Assembly: GCF_006345805.1 (NCBI RefSeq)
Contig: NC_043015.1
Coordinates: forward strand, 42,594,001 to 42,658,000
Length of the DNA: 64,000 nucleotides
Source of the DNA: Octopus sinensis
Lineage: Eukaryota
Reading direction: 5' to 3'
The notes under the pieces were generated by a model. The model was not told the origin of the DNA. It made no database searches and saw only the letters and a program-made list of their open reading frames with translations. Shown piece after piece: positions 36,101-44,116 of the stretch. The translations under genes were made by a program, and so were the position numbers. The first letter of the stretch is position 1. Every line of letters begins with the position of its first letter.

Positions 36101-36620
36101 AAACACAAAAGGGACAAACAAGGACAGACATAGGTATTAAGTCGATTATATCGACCCCAGTGCATAACTGGTACTTATTTAATCGACCCCGAAAGGATGG
36201 GGACGGCAGACGAAATACCCATTTCTTTATTGCACACAAGGGGCTAAACATAGAGGGGACAAACAAGGACAGAGAAACGGATTAAGTCGATTACATCAAC
36301 CCTAGTGCATAACTGGTACTTATTTAATCGACCCCGAAGTGATGAAAGGCAAAGTCGACCTCGGCGGAATTCGAACCCAGACGAAATACGGCTACGCATT
36401 TCGCCCGACGTGCTAACGACTCCGCCAGCTCCGTGGCTTAAAAATCACACAATTTAGGACCAAGACACGTTTACAGCAAAAAAGACAAACACGTGGTGGA
36501 CCAAAAAGCAAAGGAAAATAAACATCGAAATAACTCACCTATATTCATACTATGGCTAGATTTATTAAGCCTTTCGGGCCTCTTGCCCCTTTGGCCCCTG
36601 TGTACTTTGTTACTGACCAT
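11624..36620 (-). CDS. GNL2: Nucleolar GTP-binding protein 2 (Nog2/NGP1), 15 coding exons, 764 aa
   Basis: complement(join(11624..11722,13016..13188,15614..16226,17681..17767,19483..19641,20551..20655,23322..23450,25189..25302,26001..26159,28225..28377,29340..29438,29946..30079,32382..32476,33775..33868,36539..36620)) = 2295 nt. All introns are GT-AG and the phases are consistent. Motifs: NGP1NT ([16 protein letters not shown]), [23 protein letters not shown]. Confidence 0.95.
13016..13188 (-). CDS. GNL2: GNL2 exon 14 (basic, KNKKRKQKR...PKLTGKQ)
   Basis: Phase-1 acceptor TTTCAG|CT; donor GTAAGT. Confidence 0.85.
13555..13967 (+). mobile_element. tRNA-derived SINE family 2 (AGGCGCAGGAGTGGCTGTGTGG...AGTAAAAGAG tail), internal (TA)n/(TG)n
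   Basis: Many near-identical copies: also 17143-17552(+), 19042-19449(-), 22378-22757(-), 22863-23270(-), 28630-29190(-), 62620-62990(-) and partial copies. A/B-box-like head. Confidence 0.85.
14256..14640 (-). mobile_element. tRNA-derived SINE family 1 (GTGGAGGCGCAATGGCCCAGTGG...GTGCTTCCA), full length with 13-bp TSD
   Basis: TSD CATTGAATTTTAT at 14243-14255 and 14641-14653; tRNA-like head; 3' stem-loops. Confidence 0.9.
14750..15057 (-). mobile_element. SINE sharing the family-1 head but with a different 3' tail
   Basis: 14880-15057 matches the family-1 head and body; 14750-14880 is an unrelated tail. Confidence 0.7.
15161..15390. mobile_element. Fold-back MITE (PIF/Harbinger-like), TTA TSD
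   Basis: TTA|AGGCTACCATTGGTTTCATGTTAAGAAAA ... TTTTCTTAACATGAAACCAATGGTAGCCT|TTA; the arms extend almost to the centre. Confidence 0.75.
15614..16226 (-). CDS. GNL2: GNL2 exon 13, 613-nt acidic low-complexity exon
   Basis: Open frame containing VQPEFVADD (cf. V.PQF..DD); a phase-0 acceptor and phase-1 donor fit the neighbouring exons. Confidence 0.85.
16370..16770 (-). mobile_element. Interspersed retroposon family 4 with (GAT)n tail and internal GTGCCACCGGCAC repeats
   Basis: More than 15 full or partial copies, e.g. 12230-12490, 19950-20340, 24230-24470, 25760-25935, 30700-31050, 33420-33725, 34070-34325, 43150-43490, 48915-49350, 51850-52180, 59830-60290. Confidence 0.85.
17681..17767 (-). 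CDS. GNL2: GNL2 exon 12 ([29 protein letters not shown])
   Basis: Conserved LNDWQRG..P.F. Confidence 0.95.
18089..18307. mobile_element. piggyBac-like MITE (TTAA TSD, CCCTTTC..TAC TIR)
   Basis: TTAA|CCCTTTCATTAC...GTAATGAAAGGG|TTAA; a second copy lies at 54069-54289. Confidence 0.8.
19483..19641 (-). CDS. GNL2: GNL2 exon 11 ([19 protein letters not shown]...GKLLK)
   Basis: Conserved helical domain; AG/GT boundaries. Confidence 0.93.
20551..20655 (-). CDS. GNL2: GNL2 exon 10 ([22 protein letters not shown]...)
   Basis: G3 motif DCPG. Confidence 0.95.
21362..21453 (-). tRNA. tRNA-Lys(UUU) with a 19-nt intron at position 37/38 (two stem mismatches; function uncertain)
   Basis: GCCCACATAGTTCAGTCGGTAGAGCATCAGACTTTTA[TAGGTCAACTTTAGAAGTA]ATCTGAGGGACGCGGGTTCGAGTCCCTCTGCGGGCG. 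A and B boxes present, C32:G anticodon-intron pair present, followed by TTTATTT. Mismatches A5.C68 and C50.U64. Confidence 0.8.
21469..21560 (-). pseudogene. Second tandem tRNA-Lys(UUU) copy with intron; acceptor stem and D-loop GG damaged
   Basis: 107-bp offset from the first copy; 5' CCTGGCA versus 3' TGCGGGT; G18>A; intron TAGGTCAGCCTTAGAAGTA. Confidence 0.75.
23322..23450 (-). CDS. GNL2: GNL2 exon 9 ([27 protein letters not shown]...GETK)
   Basis: P-loop G1 and G2 motifs. Confidence 0.95.
23550..23870 (+). mobile_element. tRNA-derived SINE, further family with CORE-like TTGAGCAAGACACTT
   Basis: Head GGCTCAGTGGTTAGAGC...GTTCGAATCC; the same head recurs at ~51525-51590. Confidence 0.65.
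24698..25079 (-). mobile_element. SINE family 1, full length, 13-bp TSD
   Basis: TSD CATGCTTGCTTAT at 24685-24697 and 25080-25092. Confidence 0.9.
25189..25302 (-). CDS. GNL2: GNL2 exon 8 ([38 protein letters not shown])
   Basis: Conserved AFHAS..N.FGKG...LLRQF. Confidence 0.93.
26001..26159 (-). CDS. GNL2: GNL2 exon 7 ([21 protein letters not shown]...[11 protein letters not shown])
   Basis: G5 and G4 motifs of circularly permuted GTPases. Confidence 0.95.
26438..27590. repeat. Minisatellite of nine 114/129-bp units amplified from the internal repeats of retroposon family 4 (GNL2 intron 6)
   Basis: GGCACGTAAAA(A/T)GCACC (GAACG variant in two units) recurs at 26447, 26576, 26705, 26819, 26948, 27062, ~27191, ~27319, 27432 and 27561; flanked by family-4 sequence. 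Confidence 0.9.
27783..28129 (+). mobile_element. RTE-X-like LINE 3' end with (ATG)n tail
   Basis: [41 protein letters not shown], then LLLWKP...[11 protein letters not shown]...[12 protein letters not shown]. Confidence 0.75.
28225..28377 (-). CDS. GNL2: GNL2 exon 6 (...[14 protein letters not shown])
   Basis: Conserved GQSKRIW.ELYK; not shown in the ORF track. Confidence 0.93.
29340..29438 (-). CDS. GNL2: GNL2 exon 5 ([26 protein letters not shown]...)
   Basis: Conserved H.LDTES...TFG.K.QRKRP. Confidence 0.93.
29946..30079 (-). CDS. GNL2: GNL2 exon 4 ([18 protein letters not shown]...[12 protein letters not shown])
   Basis: Conserved NGP1NT sequence; AG/GT boundaries. Confidence 0.93.
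32382..32476 (-). CDS. GNL2: GNL2 exon 3 ([32 protein letters not shown])
   Basis: Conserved VARVEPN..WF; AG/GT boundaries. Confidence 0.93.
33775..33868 (-). CDS. GNL2: GNL2 exon 2 ([31 protein letters not shown])
   Basis: Matches the NMRDRATIRRLNMY motif; AG/GT boundaries. Confidence 0.92.
35883..36432 (-). mobile_element. SINE family 3 concatemer (3 units)
   Basis: Repeats of TTTCTTTACTACCCACAAGGGG...GCAGACGAAATAC; only the last unit continues into the tRNA-like head. Confidence 0.85.
36539..36620 (-). CDS. GNL2: GNL2 exon 1 ([27 protein letters not shown])
   Basis: ATG at 36620; donor GTGAGT; phase 1 joins to exon 2. Confidence 0.85.
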
Positions 36621-37363
36621 CTTTCCCCCCTTTGTTTTGCCAGAACTTGTAAAAGAATTGCCAGGAAAAATACAGAAATCAACAACGATGTCACTTTCAG
36701 AACTTTATTAATGCAGATGAATTATTCGCTGGCGGTGATTGGATGAAATTAAAATCGAAATGTTTTAACAAAAGAAAACGAATTACGATATTAAGTAAAT
36801 TAATTTATTTTATTTAGATTTTTTAATATGCAATTTACATAATATTTTAAGTTAATAACATATTATTATTAATATTGTATAGCATTTTTATATTGCATTT
36901 GCTGCCGAACACAATTGCATCAAACCGGTGTACTTGAAAATAAGTAATGTCTGTTTAAAATTCCGTAATACGAATTGAGTTTTATTTTTTTCATTCATAA
37001 AATTTGAGTCGCGTGTTCATTTCTTCATATAGCATGTAGCATACAAAAAGGCGATCCTTCGGTATAGGTACCGTAAGTACCGGAAGTGGCTTTATTTACA
37101 TTTCTGAAGATAACAAAAACCCTTTTCTCCCACCCCTAACCCTAACCCTAACACCCCATATATATATTTTTAAAAAATCACTTTCTTGAAATGTATCCGG
37201 TACTTCCGGTACCTATACCGAAGTTACGCCCAAAAACACAAAGTAAGGATCAACTAGTCACGACTAGCCAGCGCGGAGTAAGCGAGTGCGCGCACCGAGA
37301 CCACTGTTGCTAACTCTTTAACGTCGTGAGATAGGTTTCGTGCACAACGTTGTATTTTCAAAA
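36621..37363. promoter_or_regulatory. Probable bidirectional promoter between GNL2 and the CENP-W-like gene
   Basis: The divergent ATGs are 743 bp apart; locally CpG-rich at 37255-37350 (including palindromic TGCGCGCA). TSS not determined. Confidence 0.6.
37050..37230. mobile_element. MITE with ~35-bp TIRs and internal (CCCTAA)n
   Basis: GGCGATCCTTCGGTATAGGTACCGTAAGTACCGGA / TCCGGTACTTCCGGTACCTATACCGAAGTTACGCC; CAAAAA flanks both sides. Confidence 0.75.
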
Positions 37364-37474
37364 ATGTCCCGCAATATTTGTCCTCATCGATCTGGAACTT
37401 GTATAGCTGCAAAAAACGTCATCAAGAAATATAAGAGGAAATATAGGATTGCTGGCGATAATTCGATGAATATG
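37364..37474 (+). CDS. CENPW: CENP-W-like exon 1
   Basis: AAAATG start; 37 codons; donor GTAAGC. Confidence 0.7.
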
Positions 37475-40335
37475 GTAAGCCTCTGAGATTAATGATTTCC
37501 TTTTGTTTTTAAATCTAAATTACGAATGTGGCAGGAAATCTCCGTCTCAAATAAAGACACTTCCTTTAGTAATATTTAGAAAAAGGAAGAAATTATTCGC
37601 GTCTGGGTGTTTATTAGCGGTTCCCAACCGTTTATTCTGTTTGCTCGCTGGCAATTTTGGAAAGTAAATTTACATAGCCTTCCTCCTGCTCTGTTTTGTT
37701 TAGTAATTTGACTTGCACCCCGGCGGAGGTAAAGAATACTCATGCCACCCGTTTTATATTTCTATTTCTTTACTGCCCACAAGGGGCTACACACAGAGGG
37801 GACAAACAAGGACAGACATAGGTATTAAGTCGATTACATCGACCCCAATGCGTAACTGGTACTTAATTTATCGACCCCAAAAGAATGAAAGGCAAAGTCG
37901 ACCTCGGCGGAATTTGAACTCGGAACGAAACGGCAGACGAAATACCTGTTTCTTTACTACCCACAAGGGGCTAAACATGGAGGGGACAAACAAGGACAGA
38001 CAAAGGAATTAAGTCGATTACATCGACCCCAGTGCGTAACTGGTACTTAATTTATAGACCTCGGTAGAATTTGAACTCAGAACGTAACGGCAGACGAAAT
38101 ACGGCTACGCACTTCGCCAGGCGTGCTAACCACTCTGCCAGCTCGACGTAACCCTAAACCTAAAAGTTACTCTAACCTTAACCCTACACCTAACCCTAAA
38201 CGCCGAAAACAGGTGGTGTGCTTCTTCTACTTTTATAACATTCCTTCGATATAACTCGACAAAATCAAAACATTTCACTTCGGGGTATTTCCGTGGAAAC
38301 AAATGACAGTTCGATTCTGTTTTCTTCTTGGAAATTTGCGGTTCCCTTTGAAATGGGTGTATTTTCGTGTCACATCCATTTCATTAATACCATTATATGC
38401 ACCCCCAACAATCGGAATATATAGTCGTACCTGGTTTTATGAATTTTTTGATAAGGGGTAAAAGAGTTTCAGAGGAACGGTCAGGTACGAAAACTAGAAC
38501 CCCTTTCTTGTCTTCTCTGTACCACTGTTCGCTAGTAGTACCAGAACAAATATGCAAGGCATTTTTTCTTGAAGTTTAAAATGAGACATTGCTGGCGTAA
38601 TTTCGTTATATCCATACTCCACAACCCACGAAAATACCCAAAGTGAAATGTTTTGATTTTGTCGAGTTATATCGAAGGAATGCCAACAACTGACAAGAAG
38701 GAAACTTGAAACACTATTTATAGAGTTTATTATTTGGCATAACTGCGGATTTCTGATTTAAGCACGCCATATCAACTTCTTGTAACTTCTTTTATCTTTG
38801 GGAATTTTCAGAAAATTTTTGCGAAAACACAGCGATCTGGCAGAATAGTTAGGATGATGGTAGGTGTAATTTATCCTCTGTAGGATGAGCTAAAGGAAAA
38901 TGTGTGTATTGCACAAAATATTTTTTTACCAGGATTTTGTACCTTATAACTAATGATGTTGATCGTGTATATGAGTGTGGCTTATATACAGGTAAACCAT
39001 GTAAATCTGTTATAATGGATGGAAGCACTCCGTCGGTTATGACGCCGAGGGTTCCGATTGATCCGAATCAACGGAACAGCCTGCTCGTGAAATTAACGTG
39101 TAAGTGGCTGAGCACTCCACAGACACGTGTACCCTTAACGTAGTTCTCGGGGATATTCAGCGTGACACAGAGAGTGACAAGGCCGGCCCTTTGAAATACA
39201 GGTACAACAGAAACAGGAAGTAAGAGTGAGAGAAAGTTGTGGTGAAAGAGTACAGCAGGGATCACCACCATCCCCTGCCGGAGCCTCGTGGAGCTTTTAG
39301 GTGTTTTCGCTCAATAAACACTCACAACGCCCGGTCTGGGAATCGAAACCGTGATCCTACGACCACGAGTCCGCTGCCCTAACCACTGGGCCATTGCGCC
39401 TCCACAAATCGGTTATAAAAGGTAAGCATCATTAAAGCATTTCAAAATATATATCAATCTATCTTTCTTTTCTGTTGTTTTAGGTATGGTTATCGTATTT
39501 GAAGTTCCTTGAAATGTTTAGTAAAGATCTACGTGAATATGCTGCAGAGAATCAAATTAAGAAATATACGCCTTCTCAAATAAATAAACTATATGTTGTA
39601 AGTCTGAGATTTTTTTATCATTTATTTTTCTTTTGCCTTAGTTGGATTTTCTAATATTTCCCTGTTTTTTTAACAATGGAGTTCCTTTTCTTTCATTCTT
39701 TAGTCTTTAGATTGCAGCCATGGTGTGCTGTTGTGGGGTATGGGATCTTTTAGCTCAGCTGTTTTGGCATCACTGATTCGATGCTGACTTATTTGACAGC
39801 AGGCGTTTTAAAAGGTCCAGAATGGGTTAACCCTTTAGTGTTTAAACCGGCCATATCTGGCCCAGATATTCTACATGTTTTATATTCAAACTGGCCATAT
39901 CCAGCCTCTTACACCTAACCTACATTGACATTCTAAAAATAGACAATTACATCATTGTAACCTCAAAGATATAACATAATGCATGATTCATTCAAAACAA
40001 TTTGAGTGAAAAAGTATTGCATTTAACAGAGTAATCTGAACACTAAAGGGTTAAAAGGTAGAGGTGTATTATGAAGAAAGGCAGAGGGATATCAGGGTGT
40101 GGAGTTTGGTAGGGATGGTGAATGAGATAAAAGGAAGATTAGATGCTTGACAGCAATAAAAGTGACCCAGGGGAGTGAGAGTGCTGCGTGGAATACGAAT
40201 GTTTTGGCAGAATTTCATTAAAACAATTTTTTTGTTTTACAATAGTAATTATTCATTATATAAATATATTTTTCGTTATATAAATATGGTTTTTAATTCC
40301 TTTTCCAGGATAAAATGGAGAAATACAAGATATGA
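37364..40335 (+). CDS. CENPW: Small 3-exon gene, 83 aa, probable CENP-W (histone-fold kinetochore protein)
   Basis: join(37364..37474,39484..39597,40309..40335), all phase 0 with GTAAG donors and pyrimidine-rich acceptors. Protein: MSRNICPHRSGTCIAAKNVIKKYKRKYRIAGDNSMNM|VWLSYLKFLEMFSKDLREYAAENQIKKYTPSQINKLYV|DKMEKYKI*. The pattern aligns without gaps in exon 2 to vertebrate CENP-W as recalled (VHLNCLLFVHRLAEESRTNA...), and the 38-aa middle and 8-aa last exons match. Identity is low. Confidence 0.7.
37764..38145 (-). mobile_element. SINE family 3 concatemer (2 units)
   Basis: Same junction as the 35883 array. Confidence 0.8.
38240..38685. mobile_element. MITE with ~58-bp TIRs
   Basis: CATTCCTTCGATATAACTCGACAAAATCAAAACATTTCACTT at 38240 is inverted at ~38640-38685; a partial copy lies at ~35180-35260. 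Confidence 0.7.
39016..39405 (-). mobile_element. SINE family 1, full length, 13-bp TSD (1 mismatch)
   Basis: AAATCTGTTATAA / AAATCGGTTATAA flanks. Confidence 0.9.
39484..39597 (+). CDS. CENPW: CENP-W-like exon 2 (114 nt, long histone-fold helix)
   Basis: TTTTAG|GTA TGG TTA...; donor GTAAGT. Confidence 0.75.
39831..40050. mobile_element. TTAA-flanked MITE, second piggyBac-like family
   Basis: TTAA|CCCTTTAG...CTAAAGGG|TTAA; related copies at ~41020-41185 and ~45535-45757. Confidence 0.7.
40309..40335 (+). CDS. CENPW: CENP-W-like exon 3 (DKMEKYKI*)
   Basis: Acceptor TTCCTTTTCCAG|GAT; TGA at 40333-40335. Confidence 0.6.
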   Translation, partial: DKMEKYKI

Positions 40336-41268
40336 CTTGGACATAAAATACTTGGCAAGAAATTTTAAAAATTCCTTTTTTTTAAAAAAAAATATGCTTA
40401 GACATTCCCATTGCTCAATGGATGTTTCTGGATACTTTCTGATCACATTTTTCCCTTGCTGGCTCCATTCTTCGAAGAGGTCTCTTCACTGATCTTTGCC
40501 ACGCTGCCTTGACACTTTGAGAACATCCCTTTTGCTATGGTAGCTTCATTCTTTGAAGATGTCCTTTTTTTTTCCCCCTTTTTTGTTCACGAAGTATTTT
40601 TATTAAGGTTGCCATAATATTCATCATACTTTTGAAATGATGCCTCTTTTTAAAACAAAGCTGAAGCAAGATGGGGAATCAATGAGGGGTTAATTGTTTG
40701 TTTTTTTTAACCCCTATTTTCTTTTTATTTCGTATAATTCAGTTTTACACTCAATAATGTGTTTTTACACTTTTGTCTGTTTTTAAAAAACATTTTTTCC
40801 CCTTTTAACATAAAAAAAAATTTCGCCTTAATGTAGTCTTGTCTAACCTATGAAATCAAAGAAAAATAGATATTAGTACAGACAGAGCTGTGTGGTTAAG
40901 TAAGCCACTTTGCAACCACCTGGTTTCAGGTTCAATCTCACCCAGTAGCTCCTTAATCCTTAATCCTGAAGCATTCAGATTATTCTATGAAATATGTTTA
41001 TTTTATTCAAATTGGCTTGGATTGATGATGCATTATCTCACTTCTAGATTTCAGTCATGTGATTGCATATTTTTACAATGACATTGTAGGGTATGCATGA
41101 GAGACCAAATCTGGTTGGTTTGAACATAAAAACAAGTAGGATATTTAGGCCAGATATGGCTGGTTTAAATATCAAAGGGGTTAAGTGAATGTCTTCTGCT
41201 ATATAGCCCTGGATTGACCAATGCCTTGTGAGTGAATTTAGTAGGCGGAAACTGTGTTGAAGCCCATG

Positions 41269-41299
<31 letters not shown>

Positions 41300-43939
41300 T
41301 TTTGTTTTTCTCCCCATCATTTAACAGCCAGTGTTGGTTTGTTTATGTCCTTGTAACTTAGCAACTTGGCAGAAGCTGATAAAATAAATACCAAACTTAA
41401 AAAAACAAAAATTGTTGAATGGTTGATTCGTTTGAATGCACCCTTCAAGGCAGTGCTCCAGTATGGCCACAGTCCAGTGATTGAAATGAGTACAAGAAAG
41501 AAAAGATTTTTCTTCTCCACAATTTTTTTTAATTTTGTTTTCCTTGTAAAAATGTAAAATAAAACTTTATTGGCGTTTATATTCTGTACAGCTGATCTTT
41601 TATTTTTTGAATATTGGTTAAAAACAGCTCCACTCCTGGTTGAGTTATTGGCTGTGGTGAAAGACATGATTGTAAAATAAAAAATAAAAAATACATTCTC
41701 GAGTTATATAATATGCAGTTTTTTAAATTTTGTATTATAAAAAAAAAAAGAATAAAAAGAAATACAGAACCTGTGGAGGCGCAATGGCCCAGTGGTCAGG
41801 GCAGCGGACTTGCGGTCGGAGGATCGCGGTTTCGATTCCCAGACCGGGCGTTGTGTGTGTTTATTGAGCGAAAACACCTAAAAGCTCCACGAGGCTCCGG
41901 CAGGAGGTGGTGATCCCTGCTGTACTCTTTCACCACTCTAAAAGGCGGTGCTCCAGCATGGCCGCAGTCAAATGACTGAAACAAGTACAGTACAGAAAAC
42001 CTCATCCATGTCCTGGTGGAATGATGGAAATGGTAAAATAAAATAATGTAAACCAATAAATTGTTTTGATATTTGTTCATTCCTTTTAAAATTTCTTCCG
42101 TGCATCATGTTTGCAGTTCCACTCCGTCTCCCAGCTGAAAGGTCAGCGTCTCACAAGTTACTTAGTAACCCTGTTGTTGTCAGTGTCATGTCAAAAGCAC
42201 CCAGTACACTCTGTAAAATGGTTGATGTTAGGAAGGGTATCCAGCTGTAGAAATCGTGCCGAAGCAGAGAAACGGGGCATGGCGTGATTCTCTGGCTTGC
42301 CAGATCCTCTCAAGCCCATTTCTTTACTACCCACAAGGGAGCCAAACAGAGAGGACAAACAAGGACAGACAAACGGATTAAGTCGATTACATAGACCCCA
42401 GTGGGTAACTGGTACTTAATTTATTGACCCCGAAAGGATGAAAAGCAAAGTCGACCTCGGCGGAATTTGAACTCAGAACGTAACGGCAGACGAAATACGG
42501 CTACGCATTTCGCCCGGCGTGCTAACGATTCTGCCACCTCTCAAGCCATCCAACCCAAGTCAGCATGGGAGACAGATGTTAAACGATTATAAACATCAAC
42601 CTCTGTTACTCTATGGTTGGCTTGGAGGAATTGGTGATCATCTCCGTTTTGGATAAAAACATGGGAATTCCTGATAAAGTCTTGCAAGAATTATTGATAA
42701 ACAAAAACAAGAAATCAAGTGGAACAACTCTTGGATATATATATATATATATATGATCATCATCATCATGAACGACAAATGAGGGTTCAGGAAAATAAAG
42801 CAGTGTAATCATGTTCTATGGACACGAGTGTGTCTCTTGAGGTGGTGAGCTGGCAGAAACGTTAGCATGCCAGACGAAAATGTTTAGCCATATTTTGTCT
42901 GCCGTTACATTCTGAGTTCAAATTCCGCCGTGGTCGACTTTGCTTTTCATCCTTTCGGGGTCGATAAATTAAGTACCAGTTACACACTGGGGTTGATCTA
43001 ATTGACTTAATCCCTTTGTCTGTCCCCTCTGTGTTTAACCCCTTGTGGGCAATAAAGGAATACAAATGTGTCTCTTGAGGCCTGCAGGTGCCTTGCAAAC
43101 CTTTTAGTAAATGGAATAAGTTGAGGATTCTGCATGAGTACCATGATCGTTACCTGCGTCGCCTTACTAGCACTTGTGCCGGTGGCACGTGAGAAAACAT
43201 TCGAGCGAGGTCGTTGCCAGTGCTGCTGGACTGGCTCCTGTGCAGGTGGCACATAAAAAGCACCATTTGAGCATGGCTGTTGCCAGTATCGCCTGACTGG
43301 CTCTCGTGCCGGTGGCACGCAAAAAGAACCCACTGCACTCTCGGAGTGGTTGGGGTTAGGAAGGACATCCAGCTGTAGAAACCCTGCCAGATCAGATTGA
43401 AGTCTGGTGCAGCCATCTGGTTCGCCAGTCCTCAGTCAAATCGTCCAACCCATGCTAGCATGGAAAGCGGATGTTAAATGATGATGATGACATCAAGGAT
43501 CTCTCTCTGTTTTGTGCCAGAAAACTGCAATGACAGAAAAAGGCTTCCATTTAGCGGAGCAGTATTTTCCCAGCATGCTTTTGTGCTTGCATGAAGTTGG
43601 AGTCAACTTTACTGAAATCTTTGAACTGAGAAGAAGCAAGACTGGCACCAGGTCCTGCATTCTGATGCTTTGTCCCCACAATTGGTTGATAACTGCTATT
43701 GGTTTGTTTACGGCCCCATAGCTTAAAAGTTTGGCATAAGTACCGGACTTTAAAAATAAGTCCTGGGGATCGATTTGTTTGGCTAAAACCCTTCAAGGTG
43801 GTGCCCCAGTATGGCCACAGTCCAATACACTGAAGCAAGTAAATGACAAACGATACGTATTTTAAATTTTTTATTTCTCTCTAAGAATACAAAGACTTGC
43901 TGAAAGTTTCTGTTTTTACATAACTTCATATTCTCTCGC

Positions 43940-44116
43940 TTATTGCTTCAGCATGGCAGATGTTGTCAGACAGTTTCCATAACTTGGTGCTCTACCGAAT
44001 TGGCGAGGAGGAAAAAAAAATTGCCGACCAAGGTGAAAAATCCCCTCAATGTTATACGGTTTAACATCAATGCAATCTTCTGAAAGACGCTTTGCTTCCA
44101 AAAGTCTGTGAACTGC
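43940..44116 (-). CDS. LRRC34: LRRC34 terminal exon copy 9b (distal, ends FGRAPSYGNCLTTSAMLKQ*)
   Basis: Intact acceptor TTCGTCTTTCTTTAAG|GCA; 58 aa; the SYG segment resembles the C-terminus of orthologues. Confidence 0.65.
   Translation of the reverse strand, partial: AVHRLLEAKRLSEDCIDVKPYNIEGIFHLGRQFFFPPRQFGRAPSYGNCLTTSAMLKQ

Noticed and set aside
37132-37152. Telomeric repeats (also ~38150-38200, 60585-60602, 61497-61512, 61995-62008)
   Set aside because: Only 2-4 degenerate units inside or beside MITEs; not a telomere or a fusion site.
40175-40492. 105-aa ORF overlapping the CENP-W-like last exon
   Set aside because: Different frame from the spliced phase-0 product, AT-rich composition, no recognisable domain.
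42600-42730. Possible extra exon between the CENP-W-like gene and LRRC34 (also ~40420-40560 and ~43540-43660)
   Set aside because: No convincing splice pair or homology, and both neighbouring genes are already complete.
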